Virus genome (UHGV): UHGV-2124252
Source: a virus
Direction: 5' to 3' (one strand)
Length of the DNA stretch: 38,108 nt
Shown: positions 1 to 8,299 of the stretch, piece by piece
Position numbering within the stretch: the stretch's first letter is position 1
Layout of the letters: each line of letters begins with the position of its first letter
Translations under genes and position numbers: made by a program
Notes under the pieces: generated by a model
Databases searched by the model: none
Told to the model about the DNA's origin: nothing
What the model saw: the letters and a program-made list of their open reading frames with translations, nothing else

Positions 1-123
1 ATTCGCCTGAAACGTTACGATGCCAAACGTCAGGAGAAAATGCGCGCGGCGCTGGAACAGTTGAAAGGGCTGGAAAATCTCTCTGGCGATCTGTACGAGA
101 AGATCACCAAAGCACTGGCTTGA
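1..123 (+). CDS. pepN: Aminopeptidase N, 3' end (partial, runs off left edge; stop TGA 121-123)
   Basis: In-frame translation ends ...IRLKRYDAKRQEKMRAALEQLKGLENLSGDLYEKITKALA*, matching the remembered C-terminus of enterobacterial PepN; followed by a terminator hairpin. Confidence 0.75.
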   Translation: MRLKRYDAKRQEKMRAALEQLKGLENLSGDLYEKITKALA

Positions 124-130
124 TAAATAA

Positions 131-160
131 CCGAATGGCGGCAATAGCGCCGCCATTCGG
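131..160. terminator. Bidirectional rho-independent terminator between convergent pepN and ssuB
   Basis: Perfect 12-bp inverted repeat ccgaatggcggc (131-142) / gccgccattcgg (149-160) with 6-nt loop, between the two convergent stop codons. Confidence 0.6.
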
Positions 161-165
161 AGAAT

Positions 166-426
166 TTACCCCTGTTTTCTCAGGCGAGTTTCAAATTCAC
201 CACGCTGCATCACCCGCTGCAATACTTCCGCTTCCAGCTCTGCTAATCGTACCGACCCTAACCGGCGCGGACGGGGGATATCCACCGTCAAATCCAGACC
301 AATTTTTCCCTCTTCAATTAACAACACCCGGTCAGCCATCGCCACCGCTTCGCTCACATCATGCGTCACCAGCAAGACGGTAAAGCCGTGCTCCTGCCAG
401 AGTGATACAATCAAATCCTGCATCTC
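166..426 (-). pseudogene. ssuB: ABC transporter ATP-binding subunit (aliphatic sulfonate SsuB-like), 3' fragment only; 5' part absent because the prophage end abuts it
   Basis: Translation ...(E)[47 protein letters not shown]... is the H-loop/C-terminal part of an ABC ATPase; Walker A/B and signature motif that must precede it are missing; frame breaks at ~427 where phage end sequence starts. Confidence 0.75.
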
Positions 427-428
427 GA

Positions 429-506
429 TGATGCGCCGCGCGATAAATGCACTCTATCTTGTGCGATAAATGGCATCCACGCGGCGTTTCATTATTTGAA
501 AAAGAA
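429..506. repeat. Prophage terminal region with putative transposase-binding repeats
   Basis: Terminal TGATGCGCCGCGCGATAAATGC resembles the Mu attR terminal site as remembered (TGAAGCGGCGCACGAAAAACGC); direct repeats GCGATAAATG at 440-449 and 463-472 and related GCGGCGTTTCA at 481-491, located between host junction and gin stop. Confidence 0.5.
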
Positions 507-1079
507 TTACATTTCAGGTTGCGTTATGACAGTCCCAACAGGGTGATAGCGGTAGATCGTTGACAGTCCAATATCATAGATAATTGCCAGCCGCTTTCTG
601 TCATACCCTTTCTGGAGCAATCTTGCGATCTGCTCATGCTGCTCCTTCGTCAGTTTCGGGCGACGCCCTCCAACTCTTCCTTGTGATCGCGCAGCAGCCA
701 GTCCTGCCAGCGTGCGCTCAACTATCAGTTCACGCTCCATTTCTGCCAGTGCACCCATCATATGAAAAAAGAACCTTCCCATCGGAGTGCTGGTATCGAT
801 TGAATCCGTCAGACTGCGAAAATTGACACCTTTTGCGCGTAGCTCTTCTGTGAGAGCAATGAGGTGTTTCATTCTTCTACCCAACCGATCCAGCTTCCAG
901 ACCACCAATGTATCCCCTCTTTTAAGGCACTTTAAAGCGCGTTTCAGGCCTGGTCGTTCCGACTTGGTTCCGCTCATTTTGTCCTCAAAAATCTGTTCAC
1001 ATCCTGCGCACATTAATGCATTGCGTTGCAAATCTGTGTTTTGGTCATTTGTTGACACACGTATGTAGCCAATCAGCAT
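507..1079 (-). CDS. gin: Serine DNA invertase, Gin/Hin/Cin/Pin family
   Basis: MLIGYIRVSTNDQNTDLQRNAL...GDTLVVWKLDRLGR...FFFHMMGALAEMERELIVERT..., resolvase catalytic Ser motif and C-terminal HTH; ATG at 1079; adjacent to invertible tail-fibre cassettes. Confidence 0.93.
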   Translation of the reverse strand: MLIGYIRVSTNDQNTDLQRNALMCAGCEQIFEDKMSGTKSERPGLKRALKCLKRGDTLVVWKLDRLGRRMKHLIALTEELRAKGVNFRSLTDSIDTSTPMGRFFFHMMGALAEMERELIVERTLAGLAAARSQGRVGGRRPKLTKEQHEQIARLLQKGYDRKRLAIIYDIGLSTIYRYHPVGTVITQPEM

Positions 1080-1133
1080 TAAAAATACTCCCTTTTGAGT
1101 GGTTAAAGTACTGAGATAATGTGGGGAGGATTT

Positions 1134-1159
1134 GAGAGATAAACGTTGGTTTGGGGGAA
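1134..1159 (+). other. gix-like recombination site A (26 bp, 12-2-12)
   Basis: Right half GGTTTGGGGGAA (reverse complement TTCCCCCAAACC fits gix/hix half-site pattern TTnnCnnAAACC), central TT; starts ~150 bp of sequence identical to sites B and C. Confidence 0.55.
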
Positions 1160-1654
1160 GGCTCGGCGCTGCCCGTTGGTGTACCTGTTCCGTGGCCCAC
1201 TGCCACACCGCCAGCAGGCTGGTTAAAGTGCGACGGGCGCGCCTTTACAAAAGAACAATATCCTGTTCTGGCCAGAGCCTACCCGACCCTCCGCCTGCCT
1301 GATTTACGCGGTGAATTTATTCGTGGTTGGGATGATGGGCGAGGGGTTGATACGAGGCGTTCATTGCTAAGTGGTCAGACTGCAACATTTATTCGTACAG
1401 CTTTGCAGGATTATTACGGTGTCGATCTGACTACTAATGTCAAAGTAGGTATCGCTTATGCTACTGCTGATTCTGTTATAACTGTTGGAAACCCTGCTAA
1501 TCCTAAAGCAGGAGATAATAGCGATTATGTTCCAGCATCATCAGATAACTCCATAACAGGCACTCAAAGGACGGCAGAGGATAATTTTACCGGGGCATGG
1601 ATATCAATGCGCCCCCGCAATGTTGCTTTTAATTACATCGTAAGGGCCGCATAA
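1151..1654 (+). CDS. Alternative tail-fibre C-terminal cassette 1 (promoterless, currently not fused to fibre gene)
   Basis: ORF begins inside crossover site, no ATG/RBS; N-terminal 63 aa identical to C-terminal domain start of active fibre (GEGSALPVGVPVPWPTATPPAGWL...), variable middle, conserved end ...RPRNVAFNYIVRAA. Confidence 0.7.
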   Translation: MGEGSALPVGVPVPWPTATPPAGWLKCDGRAFTKEQYPVLARAYPTLRLPDLRGEFIRGWDDGRGVDTRRSLLSGQTATFIRTALQDYYGVDLTTNVKVGIAYATADSVITVGNPANPKAGDNSDYVPASSDNSITGTQRTAEDNFTGAWISMRPRNVAFNYIVRAA

Positions 1655-1673
1655 AAACGTTGGTTTGGGGGAA
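1648..1673 (+). other. gix-like recombination site B
   Basis: Same core as site A (AAACG TT GGTTTGGGGGAA), direct orientation relative to A. Confidence 0.55.
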
Positions 1674-2138
1674 GGCTCGGCGCTGCCCGTTGGTGTACCG
1701 GTTCCATGGCCCACCGCCACACCGCCAGCAGGCTGGTTACAGTGCAACGGAGCTACGTTCACCAAAGAACAATATCCTGTTCTGGCCAGAGTCTACCCGA
1801 CCCTCCGTCTTCCCGATTTACGCGGTGAGTTTATCCGTGGATGGGACGACGGGCGCAAGATTGACGAGGGGCGTAAGTTGCTTTCATGGCAGAAAGGTAC
1901 ACTGGTCGGCGGTCATGACGATAACGATTCTGCGCTTGATATCTCGTACATGAGTAACGGAAATAATATTGACTATGGCGGCGATAAGGTGTTTGCGGGG
2001 AATTACCGTAGCGATTATTTGTGGTACGCAATGCTGGGTGGAACAAACAGTCGCGCAAAAGCCGAATTAAACGGAGCATTCTTTAACATAACCCGCCCCC
2101 GCAATATCGCGTTTAACTATATCGTGAGGGCGGCGTGA
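1665..2138 (+). CDS. Alternative tail-fibre C-terminal cassette 2 (promoterless)
   Basis: Same conserved N-terminal 60 aa and C-terminal ...RPRNIAFNYIVRAA as cassette 1 and the active fibre, different central region. Confidence 0.7.
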   Translation: MGEGSALPVGVPVPWPTATPPAGWLQCNGATFTKEQYPVLARVYPTLRLPDLRGEFIRGWDDGRKIDEGRKLLSWQKGTLVGGHDDNDSALDISYMSNGNNIDYGGDKVFAGNYRSDYLWYAMLGGTNSRAKAELNGAFFNITRPRNIAFNYIVRAA

Positions 2139-2144
2139 TACCGT

Positions 2145-2759
2145 TCAACTGGCAAGTGCCAGTGGCGCTTCCGGCCAGCTGATTTCAGGTGCCGTGCTGA
2201 TATCCAGTGCGTTCAGCTCGTCGATATAATCCAGCACGGCGTTCAGTTTTGCCGTTTCTTCTGGTTTCAGACTGCGACCTGCCCGCAGTTTGAGGTTGAT
2301 GAGGTCGATGGACTTCATCGCCTGATCCACCCGTTTCTGGCGTTGCAGTCTGGCAGTCTCCAGCTCTGCGGTTCGCTGCCGTTCAGTATCGGTTACCCAC
2401 GCCTCACCGTTCCAGGTATCCCATGGCGTGGCTGGCTGTTTTGTGGTGGTGTCCGCCGGGTAATCACCCGGTTGGGTAATCAGAACGGGGTTACCGTTCT
2501 CCGTGCTGTATACCGTCTCGCCGCGGTGATCAGGCACATGCTCCCACCCGTTCAGCGTGGCAGTCCGGCAAACCACGTAACCCGAAATTGCCTCCGGCGG
2601 TGCATCGGCGCACGAATGTGCCGGAGTACCCACCCCAAGGGCGAGATACTCCACAGAGGATGAGGTGTATTCCCGGGTTTCCTCGTCATAGTGATATACA
2701 GTGATCTCGCCCGCTACAGTGGCGATACCGTTTTCATCCAGAACTGCAGTGTTACTCAT
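2145..2759 (-). CDS. Tail fibre assembly protein (Mu U / P2 G / lambda Tfa family)
   Basis: 204 aa, immediately downstream of fibre gene with overlapping TAATG; C-terminal region typical of Tfa chaperones (...KSIDLINLKLRAGRSLKPEETAKLNAVLDYIDELNALDIS...). Confidence 0.8.
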   Translation of the reverse strand: MSNTAVLDENGIATVAGEITVYHYDEETREYTSSSVEYLALGVGTPAHSCADAPPEAISGYVVCRTATLNGWEHVPDHRGETVYSTENGNPVLITQPGDYPADTTTKQPATPWDTWNGEAWVTDTERQRTAELETARLQRQKRVDQAMKSIDLINLKLRAGRSLKPEETAKLNAVLDYIDELNALDISTAPEISWPEAPLALAS

Positions 2760-4282
2760 TAAACTGCCCTCACAATGTAATTAAGTGCAATGCTACGGGG
2801 TCTGACAGTGATACCCTTCGCATACCCGCTTCTGATAGAGGTCAGAATAGTAGCCTGCATACCATTGTCTGACATTGCCACGACAGGATCGCTGAATGTT
2901 GTCCCGTCCGGCATTTTAAAGCTGCCCTCACGAAGGTCTGTAATGGAATCTTCATTGTTGAATCCCATGCCGACTATCCCCGAGGTTCCCGTAGTGTCCT
3001 GGTTATAATAATCCAGCATTGCTGTTCTTAACAGCGTTGCCCCTTGTGCGGACAGCAACTTACGTCCTGTATCAACTTTGCGCCCGTCGTCCCATCCACG
3101 GATAAACTCACCGCGTAAATCGGGAAGACGGAGGGTCGGGTAGGCTCTGGCCAGAACAGGATATTGTTCTTTTGTAAAGGCGCGCCCGTCGCACTTTAAC
3201 CAGCCTGCTGGCGGTGTGGCAGTGGGCCACGGAACAGGTACACCAACGGGCAGCGCCGAGCCTTCCCCCAAACCAAGGTAATTGAGGACATCTTTTATAC
3301 TGCCCTTAGCGATAATAGCGCGACCAATAGCTGTAAGGGTTGCCAGCGCTGCGCGGTCTGCTCCGGTAAAATAAGGCAACCGATCTGCTGCAGTGGCAAG
3401 TCCTGCCAGAGCAGTGAGCGTGGCATCTGCCGGTTGTTTTCCGTTTGCCAGATCGTATGCAGCCTTGACCGCTTTCGGTGTGGCGGCCAGTATTTCAGAC
3501 GTGCTGTTGATGGCACTGCTCAATTGTACGGTGCCTTTTGCCGTCAGCGAGGCAGCAGGCACTCCCGTTATCTGACTCCACGGGTGAGTGTGGCTGACGG
3601 GCGCCTTGCCGGCTGCAAGGTCGTATGCAGCCTTGACCGCCTTCGNNNNNNNNNNNNNNNNNNNNNNNNNNNNNNNAAGGTCGTATGCAGCCTTGACCGC
3701 TTTCGGTGTGGCGGCCAGCGTTTCAGACGTGTTGTTGATGGCACTGCTCAGTTGTACGATCCCTTTACGGGTCGTTGTTGCATCCTGGGCTGTGTATTTT
3801 CCCCGGGCCAGATCATACGCGATTTTCACAGCCTTCGGCGTGGCAGCCTCAGTTTCTGATTGACTGTCCGTGGCGCTGCTCAGTTGTACGGTGCCTTTTG
3901 CCGTCAGTGAAGCCGCAGGCACTCCCGTTATCTGACTCCACGGGTGAGTGTGGCTGGCAGGCGCCTTGCCGGCTGCCAGGTCGTATGCAGCCTTGACCGC
4001 TTTTGGTGTGGCGGCCAGCGTTTCAGAGGTGCTGTTGGTGGCACTGCTCAGTTGGGTGAACCCCTTAGCTGTCAGTGTCGCGTCCGGGTGGTTACGGGAA
4101 CGTACGTGTTCAGCCAGTGACTGTGCGGCTTCCTCCGTTTTCTTCTTCAGCCATTTCGTCCTGTTTGCCAGTTGCCGGGGGGCTCGATTTGATATCCCGT
4201 CTGCACCACCCAGAACCGGATCTGATGTCTCCAGTTGATAGATATTTTCTTCCCACTTTTCTGTTTCATTCAGGTTTCCCAT
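2759..4282 (-). CDS. Tail fibre protein (Mu S / P2 H-like), contains 31-N assembly gap
   Basis: About five tandem ~58-aa repeats (ATPKAVKAAYDL...HTHPWSQITGVPAASLTAKGTVQLSSA...), C-terminal cassette after crossover site C; ATG at 4282 preferred over TTG at 4288. Confidence 0.85.
   Translation of the reverse strand: MGNLNETEKWEENIYQLETSDPVLGGADGISNRAPRQLANRTKWLKKKTEEAAQSLAEHVRSRNHPDATLTAKGFTQLSSATNSTSETLAATPKAVKAAYDLAAGKAPASHTHPWSQITGVPAASLTAKGTVQLSSATDSQSETEAATPKAVKIAYDLARGKYTAQDATTTRKGIVQLSSAINNTSETLAATPKAVKAAYDLXXXXXXXXXXXKAVKAAYDLAAGKAPVSHTHPWSQITGVPAASLTAKGTVQLSSAINSTSEILAATPKAVKAAYDLANGKQPADATLTALAGLATAADRLPYFTGADRAALATLTAIGRAIIAKGSIKDVLNYLGLGEGSALPVGVPVPWPTATPPAGWLKCDGRAFTKEQYPVLARAYPTLRLPDLRGEFIRGWDDGRKVDTGRKLLSAQGATLLRTAMLDYYNQDTTGTSGIVGMGFNNEDSITDLREGSFKMPDGTTFSDPVVAMSDNGMQATILTSIRSGYAKGITVRPRSIALNYIVRAV
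3263..3288 (-). other. gix-like recombination site C (inverted relative to A and B)
   Basis: ttcccccaaacc aa ggtaattgagga on plus strand; lies at the constant/variable boundary of the expressed fibre gene (…LNYLGL|GEGSALP…). Confidence 0.55.
3646..3676. other. Assembly gap (31 N) inside tail-fibre repeat array
   Basis: Run of N flanked on both sides by the same repeat unit (aaggtcgtatgcagccttgaccgc). Confidence 0.95.
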
Positions 4283-4284
4283 AA

Positions 4285-4863
4285 TCAACTGCTCCCGTGG
4301 TTATAACTGCCATCATGGATGGCTGTATTGTTATAGCGAATGGCCACAGACTGATACTCCAGGCTGGCCAGATGGCAGCGGGCCGGTGCAAATGCAGCCA
4401 GCGTCTGACGCAGCATCGCGGCCTGATCGTTAGTAATGGGCTGTTTCAGAATAACGCGATAAACTGCCCAGGCGGCTGCATCTCCATGAACAAACAGTCC
4501 GTTATAGCTGCGATTGCCGTCGTAACTGAGACGACCTGTGCCTTCAATCAGATCCACTTCACCAAAGCCAAAACGGCGGATAACTTCCCGGATTGACCAC
4601 GGCGTCCCTTTATACCGGTGCAGTTCGATGGCTGCTTTTATAAGCATGCGGCGAACATCGTCCGATTCCGCCAGCTCCCAGCCATCGCCAGACAGTGAGA
4701 ACTGCTCGCCCAGCCATGGCAGCGCGGAACTGTCGACGATATCGACGAGAAAGACCATCAGTACGCTCAGGTCGATGTTATCCAGCCGTCCTGCCAGTCT
4801 TCCCAGCGTCCTGAGACTGATATCACCCTCAAGCGGTGGCGGGAGTTGTAATGGCTCAGTCAT
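4285..4863 (-). CDS. Baseplate protein, P2 gpI-like (Mu gp48 position)
   Basis: 192 aa, ATGA overlap with next gene, position between J-like and fibre. Confidence 0.7.
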   Translation of the reverse strand: MTEPLQLPPPLEGDISLRTLGRLAGRLDNIDLSVLMVFLVDIVDSSALPWLGEQFSLSGDGWELAESDDVRRMLIKAAIELHRYKGTPWSIREVIRRFGFGEVDLIEGTGRLSYDGNRSYNGLFVHGDAAAWAVYRVILKQPITNDQAAMLRQTLAAFAPARCHLASLEYQSVAIRYNNTAIHDGSYNHGSS

Positions 4864-5959
4864 CAGACACTCCAGTCATGTTAAGAGTGATTGCCGTACA
4901 GTTTGCCCATTCGTTTTCTGCCACCACCCGCAGTGCCGGTGTCACCAGTTCAACCTGGTACACCCCGGAAACGGACAATGCACTGATAATCTGGCTGGGG
5001 ACAATATCGCGCCCCAGCGTGGCGGCACGTGATGCCACCCAGTTCTGTATGGCGCTGTTAGCGGCATCTTTTACAGACCTGGCATCCTGATCACGATAGA
5101 TCGTAATCCTGGCTTCAATGGTGTAATCCACCTTCACTGGTGTTTTAGCCCGCACTGTATCAGTGAGTGGCCTGACTTTCTCATCAGAGCAGAAACTCTC
5201 TACCAGCGTGAGAACACCGCCGTCCGGCAGACCGGTACTGAGCAGCGGATACAGATCTACGGTCCCGGGAACCGGGGAAAGCACAGCAACATCGACAATG
5301 TTGGGATGGGCCTGCATGGCATGAAAGCGGTATGCGCCACGGCTTCCGGCATTGGTGAATGACTCCGGGGCCAGCCTGATACGCTCCCGGAGCCTGTCAT
5401 CGTCTTCCTGTTCTGAACCGCCGGAACTGGCCGTCAGATTGCTCACCAGCAGGTCGACGTTATCAATCTCATCGAGTAACTGACTGACCTGCGCAGGTTG
5501 CCAGCCGTTACCAGCGGTACCGGGTTCGGTACAGGTGGACGTGACATTGACCAGCAGCAATCCGGCCTTCAGTACCACATCTGTATCGGTGGCAAAAATA
5601 ACGCTGTCGGAAGCGCTGACGCGGGTGCCTGCCGGGATCAGCACATCAATGGCCAGTGCCTCATCTACGGAGAACTGGAGCGTGGTGGTGGCAGGCTGCG
5701 CGGCAAGACGGTATACACCAACCAGTTCACCGAGGTAATCAATCATCGGCTCACGGGCAAAGGCGACCAGATTCTGCTTTGCTGCCTCCTGTACCGCAAC
5801 CCTGACCAGCATTTCGCGATAGGCCCACAGATCAATCAGCAGACGTTCTGCCTGTGCCGGGTACAGCGTTTTGCCGGTATCCGCTTCATACTTCGCAATC
5901 ATTTCTGCCGTAATTGTGTCGGCATCGCGTTCAATAAAATCGGGTTCTGTCAGCGCCAT
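4856..5959 (-). CDS. Baseplate wedge protein, P2 gpJ / T4 gp6-like (Mu gp47 position)
   Basis: 367 aa, gene order and size; translationally coupled to neighbours. Confidence 0.75.
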   Translation of the reverse strand: MALTEPDFIERDADTITAEMIAKYEADTGKTLYPAQAERLLIDLWAYREMLVRVAVQEAAKQNLVAFAREPMIDYLGELVGVYRLAAQPATTTLQFSVDEALAIDVLIPAGTRVSASDSVIFATDTDVVLKAGLLLVNVTSTCTEPGTAGNGWQPAQVSQLLDEIDNVDLLVSNLTASSGGSEQEDDDRLRERIRLAPESFTNAGSRGAYRFHAMQAHPNIVDVAVLSPVPGTVDLYPLLSTGLPDGGVLTLVESFCSDEKVRPLTDTVRAKTPVKVDYTIEARITIYRDQDARSVKDAANSAIQNWVASRAATLGRDIVPSQIISALSVSGVYQVELVTPALRVVAENEWANCTAITLNMTGVSDD

Positions 5960-6297
5960 AGCAGCTCCTGAGTCCGGGTCTGTCCGTCTGAGCCTTTCCA
6001 GCTCACCCGGAGCGTAAGATGTTCGCCGTCGACGGCGGGTTTAACTGACATAAGCTGGCAGCGGGGCTCCCAGCGCCGGATGGCATCGACGGATTCGCGC
6101 ACCACATGCGGAATGGCCCGGTCTACAGGCCAGTCGATATAAAGATGCAGATTGCTGCCGAACTCCGGGCGATGCGGGTCGCTGCCGCGGGGAGTCCGCA
6201 GGATAATTTGAATCGCCTGCCGGATATCATCCAGCCCCCGGACAATTTCGCCGGGAGCCTGCAGGGCTGGTTGCCAGAATACTGAGGTTGTTTTCAT
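5950..6297 (-). CDS. Baseplate protein, P2 gpW / T4 gp25-like
   Basis: 115 aa, position between spike and J-like gene. Confidence 0.7.
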   Translation of the reverse strand: MKTTSVFWQPALQAPGEIVRGLDDIRQAIQIILRTPRGSDPHRPEFGSNLHLYIDWPVDRAIPHVVRESVDAIRRWEPRCQLMSVKPAVDGEHLTLRVSWKGSDGQTRTQELLWR

Positions 6298-6351
6298 GGG
6301 GGCAGTATTGCCCCCGTGCGGGAACGCTGATATTAAAGGCGTTTAAAAAGC

Positions 6352-6948
6352 TCAGTGGGAGTGGTGGCTGGAGTTTTCGCCATCAGACAACATACTGCCC
6401 GTGGCATGGGCATTCCCTTTAATCTCGATATTGCCATGGATGGTCGCGGTAACACCTTCACCACCAGAACCCGCCATGCCTCCTTCGTAAATCAGCTTAC
6501 CCCTGACACGCAGATCTCCGGTAAGTTCGGTTTCCGGTGCGTCAATCGTGGCTTTCTGTGTTTTCAATACCACATCAGCACCACACTCAATGACAATATG
6601 CTCAATGCCGCCCCGGATGGTCAGAGTGTGCGTCTTCCGGTTGTAGCTGTACTCTGCACCATCAGCAAACCGGGTTCCCCGGATATTTTTGTCACTGAAC
6701 GGTGGTTTATCGACGTCTGAATACACCGCGCCCAGAATAACACCATCCTCGCCGTTGGCATCGAGCAGCACCTCAACCTGCTCCCCCACGTCAGGGAGCC
6801 AGTAATCTTTGTTATCCTGGGTATTGCGCTGCAGCACGTTAAGCCAGTTTGTGCGCAGGTTATCGCATTCAGGCAGACGAACGCGGGCCTGAACCCTGTC
6901 GGCATCAACGGCACTGACCGTACCGACCTGACGAGTGACACCAGTCAT
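6352..6948 (-). CDS. Baseplate spike / assembly protein V-like
   Basis: 198 aa, N-terminal OB-fold-like region then Gly-rich C-terminal tip (GGMAGSGGEGV) and His-rich end. Confidence 0.7.
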   Translation of the reverse strand: MTGVTRQVGTVSAVDADRVQARVRLPECDNLRTNWLNVLQRNTQDNKDYWLPDVGEQVEVLLDANGEDGVILGAVYSDVDKPPFSDKNIRGTRFADGAEYSYNRKTHTLTIRGGIEHIVIECGADVVLKTQKATIDAPETELTGDLRVRGKLIYEGGMAGSGGEGVTATIHGNIEIKGNAHATGSMLSDGENSSHHSH

Positions 6949-8099
6949 TTTTTCTTCTCCTTAATCACCGTCGATGTACTGCCATCCGGGTGATAAACCG
7001 TGAGTTTCTGAGTTTTTTGTTTTTTCCCTCTTGTGACTGGCCCCCGTGCCACTTCCAGCTCTGTGGTGTAGCCGCTGTTACGGTCAAACGCATGGCGGGC
7101 AGTGGTTATGAGCCATGGCCCGGATAACTGCCCAAAACCCACCAGTTCAATTTTGTTGCCTGCTGTCAGTTGAGGTGTTCCCGTCAGCGTCAGGGAGCCG
7201 TTCTGCTGGTATTCGTTATGTCTGGCCAGTGCTGAATCCGCTTTAATCCGGGCACTGTCCGGGTCGCTGACGCGGCTGTTAACTTTAAGTGAGTCAGCGC
7301 TGGTAACCTTACCACCTTTGAGCTTTTTGTCGCTTTCACGGGTACCACCATCAGCTTCGTAGACGATCAGTTTTTTACTGCTGCTTTTCTGGTGTTTTAC
7401 CTTTGCAGATTTATAGACCCGGTTGATGGTGTCACGCAGGGAAAAGCGGGCCACATCCTGCGGTTTTAACTGCCTGACCGGCTCCTGACTGCGCAGTGTG
7501 GCCAGATGAGAAAAAATCAGCTGGTCACTGACCACTTTCACTGCATAACCATACTCGCTGGCCAGCCGGCGCAGAAAACCCACGTCGGTTTCAGCATACT
7601 GGGTCACCCGGTCGATTCTGATGGACTCAATGCTGCCCACCAGTTTCAGTCGGTGCTTTCTGGCAATCCGCCCCGCAACAGCTGCCAGCGTGGTGTTCTC
7701 AAAACCACGACTGGTTTTAGTCCGCAGGGCACTGTTAACCGAGGTGGCCACCCCACGGATAGAAACAACGGAAGCGGGCGAACTCACTTCGATCTCGTCT
7801 ATAGAGAACGTACCGCAGGACAGCAGCTTCTCGCCCTGATAGCCCATTTTCAGCGTCAGCGTGTCACCCTTGCCCGGATACCACTTATCCAGCCAGCGGC
7901 CATCGGTGTCGTCCAGCTCCACCTCAATGGTATCGGACTCATTTTTGATGTTATCGCTCCAGGTCACACGGGTGACATAAGGCGCGATATCAGAGGTGAT
8001 GTTTTTCTGCAGATACCACAGAGTGAACACCGGTGTCAGCACATCGCTGACGCCGGTTAACGCTGATGTGACTTGCGCAGTGCTGTTTATCTCAGCCAT
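6945..8099 (-). CDS. Tail protein, P2 gpD-like (Mu gp44 baseplate hub position)
   Basis: 384 aa; motif DVGFLRRLASEYGY resembles P2 gpD region; gene order. Confidence 0.7.
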   Translation of the reverse strand: MAEINSTAQVTSALTGVSDVLTPVFTLWYLQKNITSDIAPYVTRVTWSDNIKNESDTIEVELDDTDGRWLDKWYPGKGDTLTLKMGYQGEKLLSCGTFSIDEIEVSSPASVVSIRGVATSVNSALRTKTSRGFENTTLAAVAGRIARKHRLKLVGSIESIRIDRVTQYAETDVGFLRRLASEYGYAVKVVSDQLIFSHLATLRSQEPVRQLKPQDVARFSLRDTINRVYKSAKVKHQKSSSKKLIVYEADGGTRESDKKLKGGKVTSADSLKVNSRVSDPDSARIKADSALARHNEYQQNGSLTLTGTPQLTAGNKIELVGFGQLSGPWLITTARHAFDRNSGYTTELEVARGPVTRGKKQKTQKLTVYHPDGSTSTVIKEKKK

Positions 8100-8299
8100 G
8101 GGGCAATATCCTCTTCTGTACGGGCTTCTTCAGCCTCAATCACCGGGATCAGTAACAACAGCCCGGAGGGCAGCACCGGCGTGATGGCCACGTGCGGATT
8201 GGCGGCAATAATCCGGGGATAGCCCAGCGGGTCACCGTAGTACTGCCATGCCAGCGAATCCCAGCGCTCTCCGTCACGGGTAACATGTTCAAGAAACAT
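8087..8299 (-). CDS. Tail protein X-like (LysM-like small tail protein)
   Basis: 70 aa, ATG at 8299 overlapping upstream stop (ATGA); resembles P2 gpX. Confidence 0.6.
   Translation of the reverse strand: MFLEHVTRDGERWDSLAWQYYGDPLGYPRIIAANPHVAITPVLPSGLLLLIPVIEAEEARTEEDIAPWLR

Noticed and set aside
120-383. Plus-strand 87-aa ORF from the track
   Set aside because: Starts with TTG inside the pepN stop/terminator and runs antisense to the ssuB fragment; proline-rich low-complexity translation.
3400-4060. Regularly spaced direct repeats that could be mistaken for a CRISPR array
   Set aside because: Repeat period ~174 bp, in frame within a long ORF encoding repeated tail-fibre peptide units; no short repeat-spacer structure, leader or cas genes.
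2759-4288. Diversity-generating retroelement targeting the tail fibre
   Set aside because: No reverse transcriptase gene or template repeat anywhere in the window; variability is explained by invertase-mediated cassette switching.
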